NCBI GenBank assembly: GCA_030017555.1
Contig: JASEIC010000002.1
Location: forward strand, 1-61,242
Reading direction: 5' to 3'
Source of the DNA: Patescibacteria group bacterium
Lineage (GTDB): Bacteria; Patescibacteriota; Minisyncoccia; UBA6257; GWB1-50-10
Length of the DNA: 61,242 nucleotides
The notes under the pieces: generated by a model
The model's database searches: none
What the model was told of the DNA's origin: nothing
The model's input: the letters and a program-made list of their open reading frames with translations, nothing else
In this document: piece by piece, positions 7,678-17,292 of the stretch
Position numbering within the stretch: position 1 is the first letter of the stretch
How the letters are laid out: the number at the start of each line of letters is the position of its first letter
Made by a program: the position numbers and the translations under genes

Positions 7678-7716
7678 TAACCGCATATCTAAATCTAAGT
7701 TCCGTTATTAGTGTAT

Positions 7717-7749
7717 ACAAAAACCCCCTCGTTTGTAAGGAGAGGGTTG
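7717..7749 (-). terminator. rho-independent terminator after 7806..8660
   Basis: aaccctctc-cttacaaac-gagggggtt followed by tttgt on the minus strand. Confidence 0.65.
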
Positions 7750-7805
7750 AATATAAGGACCTAAGAAATCTAAGATCATATTTAATGGACATAAGTGTCT
7801 AAGGA

Positions 7806-8660
7806 TTATTCACCGTCGCAGAAAAGGAGCAAACAGTGGGAGACATTCCGGGTACGCCAGAAATAGTCGAGGCCAAACTCCTCGTAATCGCTGTCCGATT
7901 TGCGGTACACGTACGGCAACCAGTGGCTGCCGCCAGCGTCTTTATAAAGAGCTTTCTTCTTATCAAAGGAGAAAAGATATTTGTCTTTCAGGAATTCTTT
8001 TTTCTTGAACTGATAGACTAAGGAAAGGCCTTGAACTCCTATAAGAATGGCTCTTTCTCGCTTGTAGAGATCAAGGCATTCTTCGGAGGTTACTCTGCCA
8101 CCAATCCTAAAGATCTTGATCTTGTACGTTTTCCCGGGAACGAGCTTCTCTGTTACCTTCCGAAAGTTCTTGTCCGTCACAGCATCGTTAAAATAGTGGA
8201 AGTTTTTGCGCTTCAACGTGCTGAGCTGGGTTTTGTGCTTGTAGCCCTTCGGAACCGTAAGGGAAAAGGTTTTCAAGAGCGTGAACTCCTGAATAAGAAG
8301 CTGTTTCTTGGCTTTCTCTTTCCATTCCTTTGGGCCATTCGCGATGATGTATTCGAGATCGTCTGTCTGAAATGCGCCGGAGGCGAATATCTTGCCCCAG
8401 TGGAGATCAAAGTTTTGAATTTTCTTTGCAATCTCTCCCGGAAGCATGTAAAGATTCCAGAAATCTCTCACTTCGTGCTGACTTCCTTCGCCGCCAAGCT
8501 CAAAGAACAAATTAATAGCTCCATGACCCAACACATCGTTGTCTTTGGAGTCTTTGAACTTCACTTTTCCTTCATCAGAGAAAACTTCTTTGTCAGTGAG
8601 ATAAAAAAGGTGCTTTTCATCGTCCTTTTGTATTCCTCTCCATGATATAAAATCGCACAT
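7806..8660 (-). CDS. hypothetical protein (accessory cassette, gene A)
   Basis: 284-aa ORF with an ATG start, its own promoter and terminator. The N-terminus is MCDFISW..GHGAI. The C-terminal motif YVYRKSDSD resembles that of 6722..7366. Confidence 0.7.
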   Translation of the reverse strand: MCDFISWRGIQKDDEKHLFYLTDKEVFSDEGKVKFKDSKDNDVLGHGAINLFFELGGEGSQHEVRDFWNLYMLPGEIAKKIQNFDLHWGKIFASGAFQTDDLEYIIANGPKEWKEKAKKQLLIQEFTLLKTFSLTVPKGYKHKTQLSTLKRKNFHYFNDAVTDKNFRKVTEKLVPGKTYKIKIFRIGGRVTSEECLDLYKRERAILIGVQGLSLVYQFKKKEFLKDKYLFSFDKKKALYKDAGGSHWLPYVYRKSDSDYEEFGLDYFWRTRNVSHCLLLFCDGE

Positions 8661-8725
8661 AATGCGTTCCTTTCTTAGTAGTTATTAATGAAATTAGTTT
8701 ATTAAGTTCGTAAGTTTCTGATGTA

Positions 8726-8754
8726 AGTTTAGCATACTACCCATATTCTGTCAA
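8726..8754 (-). promoter_or_regulatory. sigma70-type promoter for 7806..8660
   Basis: Minus strand TTGACA (8754-8749), 17 nt, TAAACT (8731-8726). Confidence 0.55.
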
Positions 8755-8804
8755 GTTCGTAAAAGGCCTGATTTATAAAAGTTTTTTGAACAAATATTAT
8801 AAAA

Positions 8805-10976
8805 TCAACCTTCCAATTTTAGAGATAAAACAGTTGAAACGCCGTCATCACCCATTGTCACGCCATATAAAATATCAGCCACATTCATTGTTACCCGGTT
8901 ATGGGTCACAATTACAAACTGGCTTTTTTTTGAAAATTCTTTGATTAACTCGGCAAATCTTCGCGCATTATCATCGTCCAGTGCCGCATCAATTTCATCA
9001 AGCACTAAAAACGGCGGCGGACTTACGGAAATTAAAGCAAAAAGAGCGGCCAATGACACCAAGCTTTTTTCGCCGCCGGATAGCATATCCAAACTGGTTA
9101 TTCTTTTTTTCGGCAAATTAAGCTCTATATCAATGCCGGCCGTTAATTCCGGATCGCTTTGATTTTCCGGAATATTTTTTTCTTCTTTTGTTTCTCCTTC
9201 CGTTATTTCTCCCACTCCTTCTTCAAGAATTGGCCGAACCTCGCGAACAACAAGTTTCATTCTTGCCCGACCACCGCCAAACATCAAACGAAAATACTCA
9301 TTAAAAGCATCGTTAATAGATTTAAAAGCGCTTTTGAAATCATTATGAATACGCTCGCCTAAATCAGCAATAAGATGCTTTAAATCAGAAGCGGCTTTTT
9401 CCAAATCTTCCAATTCCCGGCTCAAAAACTCATGACGGCTTTCGCTTTCATTTGCTTCCTTAATAAGGTTTTCATCGATTTCGCCGATAGCCGCCAATTC
9501 TCCGCGTAGCCGCATTATTTTTCTTTCGGTTTCGGGGACATTAATTTCGCCCTGAAAAACAGGGATATTCGCCAATTCTTCTTTGGCACGGCCAAATGTC
9601 TGCCACTCTCGCTCAATTTCCTCAATTCTAAGCTGAAATTTTTCCTGTTCAAAACGCGCATTTTGTATTTCGCTGTCAAATTTACGAAGTTCATTCTTTT
9701 TTTGTTCTAAATTCTCAATTTGAGAACGAAACGCTTGATTAATTTCTTGCTGCTTTGCTGCCAATTCTTCTTCTTTTATTCTAATTTCTTTAAATTCCCG
9801 ATCTAACAACTCTAATTCTTCTTTTAATTTTATTGCTTCCTCTCCCAAATTATGATCGGGTTCTATGTCCTTTTTCTCCAAAATTCGATCTAAACGTTTA
9901 AGCCAATTTTCTATTCTTGCTTTCAGCTCGCCTAAATCTTCCAATTTGAGCATTAAATTCATATCCATACTAAGTTCAGTTACGAGTGATAAAAACTCTT
10001 GTACATTTAAAGAAGGTGTTTTTGTTTCACTGGATTTAATTTCCATTCTGGCTTCAACTCGCGCCAAAGACCGCTCAAAAGAAGACCGCTTCTCAACTAT
10101 CAAATCTGCCTTATCTCTTAAAATTTTTGTTTCTTCGTTGGTTGAAATTTTCGATTCAATTCCTTTCAAATCCTTTTCCAAAATGCCGATTTCTTCTTCG
10201 GTTCGCTTTCTCTTTGAAATCAAATCGTTAAGCGGCCTATTTAACGCCGAAAAAGCGCGTTTCAAATCCTGATGTCTTGAAGAAAAATAATTATTTTCTA
10301 ATTCTATAAGCGTCTGCTCAATTTCCTTTCTTTTATCCCAACGATGCTTCTGCTTGCGTAAAAACCTGAGATGAGGCACAAGCTCATTAAGTTGCACCCT
10401 TACTTTCTCCATATTTATTTCACTTGATTCAAGTCTCCTTTCGGCTTGAGCTTTTTTTAATCTGAACTCTCTCAAACCTAAAATTTCTTCCACCATCGCC
10501 CGTCGATTTTCAGCAGAAGATATTACAAAAATATCGCTCTCACCCTGACCAATCATGGTTAAGCCCCGACTGCCGAGTTTTGCTCGCGCTAAAACAGGAA
10601 TTAAATCTTTCTGTTTTACTTCAATATCATGCCAAAAAAATTGAGATGTTCCAGAACGATCAGCTCGACGAACAAGCATTACTTCTTCAGCATCAAAAGG
10701 AAATAAGCGCGAACAATTATCAAAATAAAGCGCAACTTTAGCGAAACCAACGGCGGGCTTTTTCGGCGTACCGGCAAAAATTAAACTACCCAAATTATCA
10801 CCGCGAAGATGTTTGGCTTCTCTTTCGCCTAAAATCCATCGAAACGCATCAACAATATTGGATTTTCCCGAACCATTGGGGCCGACAATGCCTACGACCC
10901 GACCGGGAAATTCTAAGACGGTTTTTTGCGCAAACGATTTAAATCCCTGTAATTCCAAACGTTTTAGAAAATTCAT
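8805..10976 (-). CDS. smc: SMC-family chromosome partition ATPase, short hinge-less form
   Basis: SMC-type N-terminal head (FKSFA..IVGPNGSGKSNIVDAFRWILGE) and C-terminal head (LSGGEKSL..FLVLDEIDAALD..VTHN). Only coiled-coil-like sequence lies between them. 723 aa. Confidence 0.85.
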   Translation of the reverse strand: MNFLKRLELQGFKSFAQKTVLEFPGRVVGIVGPNGSGKSNIVDAFRWILGEREAKHLRGDNLGSLIFAGTPKKPAVGFAKVALYFDNCSRLFPFDAEEVMLVRRADRSGTSQFFWHDIEVKQKDLIPVLARAKLGSRGLTMIGQGESDIFVISSAENRRAMVEEILGLREFRLKKAQAERRLESSEINMEKVRVQLNELVPHLRFLRKQKHRWDKRKEIEQTLIELENNYFSSRHQDLKRAFSALNRPLNDLISKRKRTEEEIGILEKDLKGIESKISTNEETKILRDKADLIVEKRSSFERSLARVEARMEIKSSETKTPSLNVQEFLSLVTELSMDMNLMLKLEDLGELKARIENWLKRLDRILEKKDIEPDHNLGEEAIKLKEELELLDREFKEIRIKEEELAAKQQEINQAFRSQIENLEQKKNELRKFDSEIQNARFEQEKFQLRIEEIEREWQTFGRAKEELANIPVFQGEINVPETERKIMRLRGELAAIGEIDENLIKEANESESRHEFLSRELEDLEKAASDLKHLIADLGERIHNDFKSAFKSINDAFNEYFRLMFGGGRARMKLVVREVRPILEEGVGEITEGETKEEKNIPENQSDPELTAGIDIELNLPKKRITSLDMLSGGEKSLVSLAALFALISVSPPPFLVLDEIDAALDDDNARRFAELIKEFSKKSQFVIVTHNRVTMNVADILYGVTMGDDGVSTVLSLKLEG

Positions 10977-11665
10977 TATTCGATTAGCTCTTTCAAAGCA
11001 TGCTCGGCCGCGTGAGATTCAGCTTCTTGCTTAGATGTGCCATCGCCTTCCGCAATTAATTTATCGCCAAAAAACACGCCAACCGTAAACTTTTTTTGAT
11101 GATCGGGACCTTCTTGTCTTAATATTTCATAAATCGGAGTTATTTTTAAACGATCCTGAATAATTTCTTGAAGCAAACTTTTAGAATCGCGATAAAGTCT
11201 TTTCTCGATAATTTCGTTTAAATGATTTAGAACTATTTTCTTTACTACTTTTTTAACGGCGACGTAACCGCGATCTAAATAAACTGCGCCAAAAAGAGCT
11301 TCGATTGCGTTTGCTAAAATAACATCACGCGCCTTACCTGTATCTTTGGCTTCGCCCTTGGAAAGAAAAATATAACGGTCTAAAGAAATGCTTTTCGCAA
11401 CTTGGCTTAATATCTGGTAGTTAACTAAGGCGGCTCTTAAGCTGGTTAATTGCCCCTCTTGATAATCTGCAAACGCCTCATAAAGATATTCCGTGACCAC
11501 CAATTCTAAAACCGCATCTCCTAAATATTCAAGCCGTTCATTATTGGACATTGGCCAATTGGGATTTTCATTCAAATAAGAACGATGGGTTAAGGCTTTT
11601 TTAAGAAGATTTTTATCTTTGAATTCAACGCCTATACTTTTTTCTAAAAGAGAAAGATCAGACAA
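10976..11665 (-). CDS. rnc: ribonuclease III
   Basis: It has the ERLEYLGDAVLELVV signature and a C-terminal dsRBD (GPDHQKKFTV..SKQEAESHAA). The apparent start is TTG. Confidence 0.9.
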   Translation of the reverse strand: MSDLSLLEKSIGVEFKDKNLLKKALTHRSYLNENPNWPMSNNERLEYLGDAVLELVVTEYLYEAFADYQEGQLTSLRAALVNYQILSQVAKSISLDRYIFLSKGEAKDTGKARDVILANAIEALFGAVYLDRGYVAVKKVVKKIVLNHLNEIIEKRLYRDSKSLLQEIIQDRLKITPIYEILRQEGPDHQKKFTVGVFFGDKLIAEGDGTSKQEAESHAAEHALKELIE

Positions 11666-11725
11666 GTAATTTTTTTAATTTTTAACTTCCAATTTCTAAT
11701 AAATTTTTTTATTAAGAATTGGGAA

Positions 11726-12166
11726 TTAAGAATCAGCACCATTTTTTTTCTCGACCATTTGACGAAAAACAGTTCCTAAAACACCGTTTATGAATTTCGG
11801 TGAGTTTACCCCGCCGTAATTTTTAGCAACTTCAATCGCTTCATTAATAGCGACTTTTGGCGGCACTTCATTTTTATCGGAGTATAAAAGTTCATAAAGG
11901 CCGATTCTTAAAACATTTCTGTCAATAATCGCGATCTGATCAATCGGCCATTCAGGAGCGGCTTTTTCAATTATCTTATTGATTTCTGGAAGATGTTCAA
12001 TAATACCTTTCACCAAACGCCAAATAAAATCCGGTTCATCAATGCCCGGGCCAAATTCATTAACATTACGTTCTACAATATTAAGTAAATCTTTTTCGTG
12101 TTTATAAAAATCCCATTCATAAAGAGATTGAAGCACGATTGTTCTTACTAGATGCCGAGTGGCCAT
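11726..12166 (-). CDS. nusB: transcription antitermination factor NusB
   Basis: 146 aa with the typical NusB fold sequence (R..A.Q.LY......, [14 protein letters not shown]). Confidence 0.85.
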   Translation of the reverse strand: MATRHLVRTIVLQSLYEWDFYKHEKDLLNIVERNVNEFGPGIDEPDFIWRLVKGIIEHLPEINKIIEKAAPEWPIDQIAIIDRNVLRIGLYELLYSDKNEVPPKVAINEAIEVAKNYGGVNSPKFINGVLGTVFRQMVEKKNGADS

Positions 12167-12178
12167 AAGTTTTAAAGG

Positions 12179-12340
12179 TTAACTTCGACTATAAGTACCG
12201 CACTGCGCGCAAACTCGATGAGGTAGGGTTGGTCCTTTACATTTTGGACAAACTGAAATATGCACTTTTTTAAGCGCTTGTTGCGATCGGCGCCGACCGA
12301 CTTTTGATTTTGAATGATGTTTTACCGGTACGCCACCCAT
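12179..12340 (-). CDS. rpmF: 50S ribosomal protein L32
   Basis: 53-aa ORF not in the supplied track: MGGVPVKHHSKSKVGRRRSQQALKKVHISVCPKCKGPTLPHRVCAQCGTYSRS. It carries the typical L32 N-terminus and CxxC..CxxC ribbon. Confidence 0.85.
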   Translation of the reverse strand: MGGVPVKHHSKSKVGRRRSQQALKKVHISVCPKCKGPTLPHRVCAQCGTYSRS

Positions 12341-12557
12341 AATTTAGATAACGAATAAAAGGTTATTGTAATTTTTAAATAAAGTCAATTAACGCTGTTG
12401 CAAGAATTTAAGCCAATCGGATGACTACTCAAAATTGCGGGTAATAATAACAAAGATTGATTTACTTTAACGGCGGTCTCAAGTATTTTTTGATCATTGT
12501 GAAGCAAATGAGGCATATAAATTTATAATACACTATATCTAAATCCAAAACAAACAA

Positions 12558-13175
12558 TCAAACCAATGCGGACTTAAATTTAAAACTTAAACGATGAGCC
12601 TTTGAATAACCATTCCTTTCTATTGCTTCTTGATGTTTTTTGGTGCCATAACCTTTATGAATATCAAAACCGTATTTTGGATATTTTTTGTGCAATTTGA
12701 CCATCAAACAATCCCGTTTCACTTTAGCTACAATTGAAGCTAATTTTATCGCATTAATTTTCTCATCACCCCTCTTTATGGTTTTTGATTTCTTTTTAAA
12801 ATTAATCTTTTTAATCGCTCTTTCATTAAGATAGAGTCCGCCATCCAAAAAAACCGAGCGAGGTTTAATATTATTTTTATAAATTAATCTCATTAAAGCT
12901 CTAGTCGCCGCAATATTTGCCGCTTTAGAAACATTTAAAACATCTATTTTTTTCGGATAAACTTTGCTTATTGCGAAAAAAATATCTTGGCGCTCCGACA
13001 AATACTTTACCCATTGTTCCCTTTTGCTTGGTGAGAGTTTTTTTGAATCTTTCAGAAGCAAAAAACTTGACTCACCTCTTTTAAAATATTTTGGTAGGGC
13101 AAGGGCGGCAACCAAAACTGGTCCGGCAAGCGCGCCTCGACCAACTTCATCTATTCCGATCACGTATTTTTTCAT
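12558..13175 (-). CDS. rnhB: ribonuclease HII
   Basis: IGIDEVGRGALAGPVLVAA is the RNase HII catalytic motif. ATG at 13175; the track start at 13178 is TTG. Confidence 0.88.
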   Translation of the reverse strand: MKKYVIGIDEVGRGALAGPVLVAALALPKYFKRGESSFLLLKDSKKLSPSKREQWVKYLSERQDIFFAISKVYPKKIDVLNVSKAANIAATRALMRLIYKNNIKPRSVFLDGGLYLNERAIKKINFKKKSKTIKRGDEKINAIKLASIVAKVKRDCLMVKLHKKYPKYGFDIHKGYGTKKHQEAIERNGYSKAHRLSFKFKSALV

Positions 13176-13361
13176 CAAATATCATTATAAGTGAGTTTAA
13201 AAAAGAAAGAAATGATTTTTTTGTAAAAATTTCATAAAAAATGGTAAATTTCAAAAATTTATGCAAAAATTTTAAAAAAACGGGTTATTAACAATTGCGG
13301 ACATAAGAACTTCTCATCTACAATAATAAGAGATAAAATTTTATCTCTAAGAAAATTTTTT

Positions 13362-16300
13362 ATGTCGAAATTTGTTCACTTACACATTCACTCTCATTAC
13401 TCTCTTTTAGACGGCTTGGCAAAAATTGATGATCTCATCAGTCGCGCCAAAACATTTAATATGAATACGCTTGCCTTAACTGATCACGGCAATCTTTACG
13501 GCGCGATTGAATTTTATAAAAAAGCAAAAAGTGCGGGCGTGAAACCAATTCTTGGCGTTGAAGCGTATCTTACGCCATACGGAAGGTTTAATAAGCGTCC
13601 GAAAATCGACGAACTTCGCTATCACTTAATTCTCCTGGCAAAAAATCATATTGGTTGGTTAAATTTGATTCAATTAGTTACTAAAGCTAATCTCGAAGGA
13701 TTTTATTATAAACCAAGAATTGATAAAGAACTCTTGGAAGAACATCACGAAGGATTAATTTGCCTTTCTGGATGTTTTTCTGGAGAAATAAGCCGGCTTT
13801 TAGCAGCGAGAAAAATTAATGAAGCCGAAGAAATCGCAAAACGGTACCAATCAATTTTTGGTGAAGATTTTTATTTAGAAATTCAACCCCACGCGCCAGA
13901 ACTTCATAAAGCTTTAATCACGCTTGGAGAAAAACTAAATATACAGATTGTTGCCACCCAAGACGTTCACTACGCATTAAAAGAAGATCAAACCGCTCAC
14001 GAAATTCTCCTCGCCGTCCAAACTTCAAGTAAATTCGATGACGAAGATCGCCTTAGTCTAAAAAATTATGACATTTCACTAAAATCTCAAGAAGAGATGA
14101 TTAATGATTTTCGAGAAATTCCACAAGCAATCACAAATACACTTCGTATTGCTGAAAAATGTAATCTCGATATTACTCTCGGCAAAACGCATTTGCCGAA
14201 ATTTAATTTACCCGACAATGAAACTGCTGATGAATATATCAGAAAATTAGTTCAAGAAAAAATCTCGCATCGTTACCAAAAAATAACTCCCCAAATTTCA
14301 GAAAGACTTGAACGAGAATTGGAAGTCATTGAAGAAACGGGTTTTGCCGATTACTTTCTTATTGTCCAAGATTTTGTAAATTGGGCGAAATCTCACGGTA
14401 TTATTGTTGGTCCCGGTCGAGGTTCGGCCGCCGGTAGTTTAATCTCATATATATTGAACATCACTAATATTGATCCTTTAAAATACGATCTTCTTTTTGA
14501 ACGATTTTTAAATCCTGACCGTGTTCAAGTACCTGATATAGATATTGATTTTACCGACACTCGCCGGGATGAAGTGGTGGCTTATGTTCGCGAAAAATAC
14601 GGCGCTAATCGTGTAGCTCAAATCATCACTTTCGGAACTATGATGGCACGGGCCGCTATTCGAGACACTGGCCGAGCTTTGGGGCTTTCTTATGGACTTT
14701 GCGACCAAATCGCCAAATTCATTCCTTTTAACATGACAATTGCTCAATCAATAAAAACCGTACCGGATTTGAAAACTATATACGCTCAAAATTCCGAAGC
14801 TAAAAAATTAATTGATTTCGCCCAAAAGCTCGAAGGGGTTGTCCGTCACGCCTCAGTTCATGCTTGCGGCGTTGTTATTTCCGCTGAACCTCTTACCAAC
14901 TTTTTACCGCTTCAACGCGCGCCTCAAGGAAACTCAACAATCATTACTCAATTTGGAATGCACAGCGTTGAAGACTTGGGACTTCTTAAAATGGACTTTC
15001 TCGGGCTTAAAAACCTGACAATTATTGAAAAAACCATCCGCCTCATCAAAGATCTCCACGACATTACAATTGATACTGACCGCCTTCCGCTTGACGACCA
15101 GAAAACTTTTGAACTGCTCCGCAGCGGTGAAACAACCGGCATCTTTCAACTCGAATCTTCGGGTATGCGCAACTACTTAAAAGAATTAAAACCTACCGAA
15201 CTTGAAGATATTATTGCCATGATTGCGCTTTATCGTCCCGGTCCAATGGAACTTATTCCTCATTACATTAAAAGAAAGTTTGGTAAAGAATCGATCACTT
15301 ATCTTCACTCGCGTCTTGAACCAATTTTGAAAAAAACCTATGGCGTCGGCATCTATCAAGAACAAATGATGCAAATCGCCCGAGACCTAGCGGGATTTAC
15401 CCTTGCTGAAGCCGATACGTTGCGAAAAGCAATCGGCAAAAAAATCAAAAAACTTCTTGATGAGCAAAAAGAAAAACTAATCCAAGGCATGATTAAAAAC
15501 GGCATTAAACAAAAAACCGCTGAAGCGATTTGGGAACTTTTTCCGCCTTTTGCCCGTTACGGATTCAATAGAAGCCACGCGGCTTCATACGCAATGATTA
15601 GCTATCAAACAGCATATTTTAAAGCTCACTACCCGGTAGAATTTTCAACGAGTCTTTTAAACATTTCGGGCGGCGAAATAGAAAGAATAAATTTCTTAAT
15701 TAATGAAGCAAAACATCTCGGTATTGAAGTTTTACCGCCAGATATTAATTTAAGTTTTCAAAATTTTAATGTGGATGGTCCTAATATAAGATTCGGATTG
15801 TTAGCTATTAAAAACATTGGCGCGAATATTGTTAATTTTATTATTGAAGAAAGAAGCCGGGGCGGGCCGTTCACTGATCTTTCTAATTTCCTTTCCCGCA
15901 TCCATCATCGAGATTTGAATAAAAAATCACTGGAAAGTCTTATAAAATGCGGTACGTTTGATTCTTTTAAAGTGGAACGGGGCCAAGCGCTTGATAGCAT
16001 TGAAGAACTTTTAAAATTTAATCAAGCGGCCAAGAAAATAGCCCAAAGCAACCAAGATAACTTATTTGGCTCAACCGCTATTTTCGCGTCACTAAGATTA
16101 AAACCAAGCAATCCGACTGATAAAACATTACAATTGGTTTGGGAAAAAGAATTATTAGGACTTTATATTACCGACCATCCCTGGAATTTATACCTCGCTA
16201 AAGTTCAAAACTATGTAAAGCCGATAAAGGAGGTTACAAAAATTCCACAAACCAGTGATCGTGGGCCACGCCTTAGACTTGCTGGCATTATTACTGGTGT

Positions 16301-16508
16301 TCAAAAAATTCTGACTAAAACCGGCCAACCAATGCTTTTTGTTACTCTTGAAGATTTAAATGACAATCTCGAACTTTTAGTTTTTTCTGAAACGCTCGCA
16401 AAATATCCTTTGGTCTGGCAAGAGAATAAAGCTGTTATGGTGAACGGAAGACTTTCTTGGCGCAATAATGAACCGAAATTTATTTGCGATGGCGTAAAAG
16501 AACTTTAA
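13362..16508 (+). CDS. dnaE: DNA polymerase III alpha subunit
   Basis: It has the PHP domain ([15 protein letters not shown]), polymerase core ([20 protein letters not shown]) and a C-terminal OB fold. 1048 aa. Confidence 0.95.
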   Translation: MSKFVHLHIHSHYSLLDGLAKIDDLISRAKTFNMNTLALTDHGNLYGAIEFYKKAKSAGVKPILGVEAYLTPYGRFNKRPKIDELRYHLILLAKNHIGWLNLIQLVTKANLEGFYYKPRIDKELLEEHHEGLICLSGCFSGEISRLLAARKINEAEEIAKRYQSIFGEDFYLEIQPHAPELHKALITLGEKLNIQIVATQDVHYALKEDQTAHEILLAVQTSSKFDDEDRLSLKNYDISLKSQEEMINDFREIPQAITNTLRIAEKCNLDITLGKTHLPKFNLPDNETADEYIRKLVQEKISHRYQKITPQISERLERELEVIEETGFADYFLIVQDFVNWAKSHGIIVGPGRGSAAGSLISYILNITNIDPLKYDLLFERFLNPDRVQVPDIDIDFTDTRRDEVVAYVREKYGANRVAQIITFGTMMARAAIRDTGRALGLSYGLCDQIAKFIPFNMTIAQSIKTVPDLKTIYAQNSEAKKLIDFAQKLEGVVRHASVHACGVVISAEPLTNFLPLQRAPQGNSTIITQFGMHSVEDLGLLKMDFLGLKNLTIIEKTIRLIKDLHDITIDTDRLPLDDQKTFELLRSGETTGIFQLESSGMRNYLKELKPTELEDIIAMIALYRPGPMELIPHYIKRKFGKESITYLHSRLEPILKKTYGVGIYQEQMMQIARDLAGFTLAEADTLRKAIGKKIKKLLDEQKEKLIQGMIKNGIKQKTAEAIWELFPPFARYGFNRSHAASYAMISYQTAYFKAHYPVEFSTSLLNISGGEIERINFLINEAKHLGIEVLPPDINLSFQNFNVDGPNIRFGLLAIKNIGANIVNFIIEERSRGGPFTDLSNFLSRIHHRDLNKKSLESLIKCGTFDSFKVERGQALDSIEELLKFNQAAKKIAQSNQDNLFGSTAIFASLRLKPSNPTDKTLQLVWEKELLGLYITDHPWNLYLAKVQNYVKPIKEVTKIPQTSDRGPRLRLAGIITGVQKILTKTGQPMLFVTLEDLNDNLELLVFSETLAKYPLVWQENKAVMVNGRLSWRNNEPKFICDGVKEL

Positions 16509-16515
16509 AATTAAG

Positions 16516-16545
16516 TCCCCGAATAAATTACTCGGGGATTTTTTA
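16516..16545 (+). terminator. rho-independent terminator after dnaE
   Basis: tccccgag/ctcgggga stem followed by tttttt. Confidence 0.8.
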
Positions 16546-16552
16546 AAATTTT

Positions 16553-17155
16553 TTACCTAACAAAAATGCACTTCACCGGCTCAACAAGCCGAATACCCAT
16601 TCGCGGATCTTTATGGATATTATGATGAATATTTATTACTAATTTATCTTTTTGCCACTCGACAGATGGGATACCACCCAGATAGGTTTCTGAACCATTA
16701 CACAATGTAATTGTTTCATTATCAAGATGGCGACCGCCGCTTTCAATAAAATATTTAAATCCCGTCATCAATCTTTCTTCTAAAGTCATGCCTAAAACAC
16801 CGCGATTTTTTATTTCCTCATATGAGTAACCGCGAAATTCTTTATCACCTTCTTCGTTTCCGCTATGCAACAATACATAAGTCTCTATTTTTGATGAACG
16901 AACCGAATTAATTCTCAGAAGCTCGTTATGTATGATATAATTTTCAACCAACATCAATAATTCAATTTTCCTTATAATATCAACTAAAGAAATGCCTTTT
17001 GGCATAAAAAGAAATGAATTTAAATTGGGATTTGAATTATAAAAAAAATCAAGAAACGTTGAAACGCTATCACTAAAAGTTTCATTTAAAAACTTTCCCC
17101 AGCTTTCAAAAATCGCATCGTGTTCCTTTTGCGAAATAATCTTTGCGTAAGTCAT
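16553..17155 (-). CDS. hypothetical protein
   Basis: 200-aa ORF with ATG preceded by AAAGGAAAGGAA. I recognise no motif. It is convergent with dnaE. Confidence 0.55.
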   Translation of the reverse strand: MTYAKIISQKEHDAIFESWGKFLNETFSDSVSTFLDFFYNSNPNLNSFLFMPKGISLVDIIRKIELLMLVENYIIHNELLRINSVRSSKIETYVLLHSGNEEGDKEFRGYSYEEIKNRGVLGMTLEERLMTGFKYFIESGGRHLDNETITLCNGSETYLGGIPSVEWQKDKLVINIHHNIHKDPRMGIRLVEPVKCIFVR

Positions 17156-17292
17156 AATTTCCTTTCCTTTAATAAATAAACATATTTTAAATAATTCTGA
17201 ATCTAATCTAGCATAGTTCGATATAAACTGTCAATAGAAAAAATGAATTAACAAACGTGATTATTTAATAAAAATCTTTTATAATTACGTAT

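Noticed and set aside
7471-7802. Three overlapping ORFs (7471..7686 -, 7484..7792 -, 7512..7802 +) rich in Ala/Gly/Arg/Pro/Cys
   Set aside because: They exist only because the GC-rich minisatellite lacks stop codons. They start at non-ATG codons and cross a terminator and a promoter.
8031-8645. 204-aa + strand ORF
   Set aside because: It is fully antisense to 7806..8660, which has the promoter, SD-like site, ATG and terminator. The + strand ORF has no signals of its own.
12385-12516. 43-aa minus-strand ORF (MPHLLHNDQKILETAV..) in the rnhB-rpmF spacer
   Set aside because: It has no SD, no recognisable family and no support beyond being open. It sits where a YceD-like gene is often found, but it is far too short and dissimilar.
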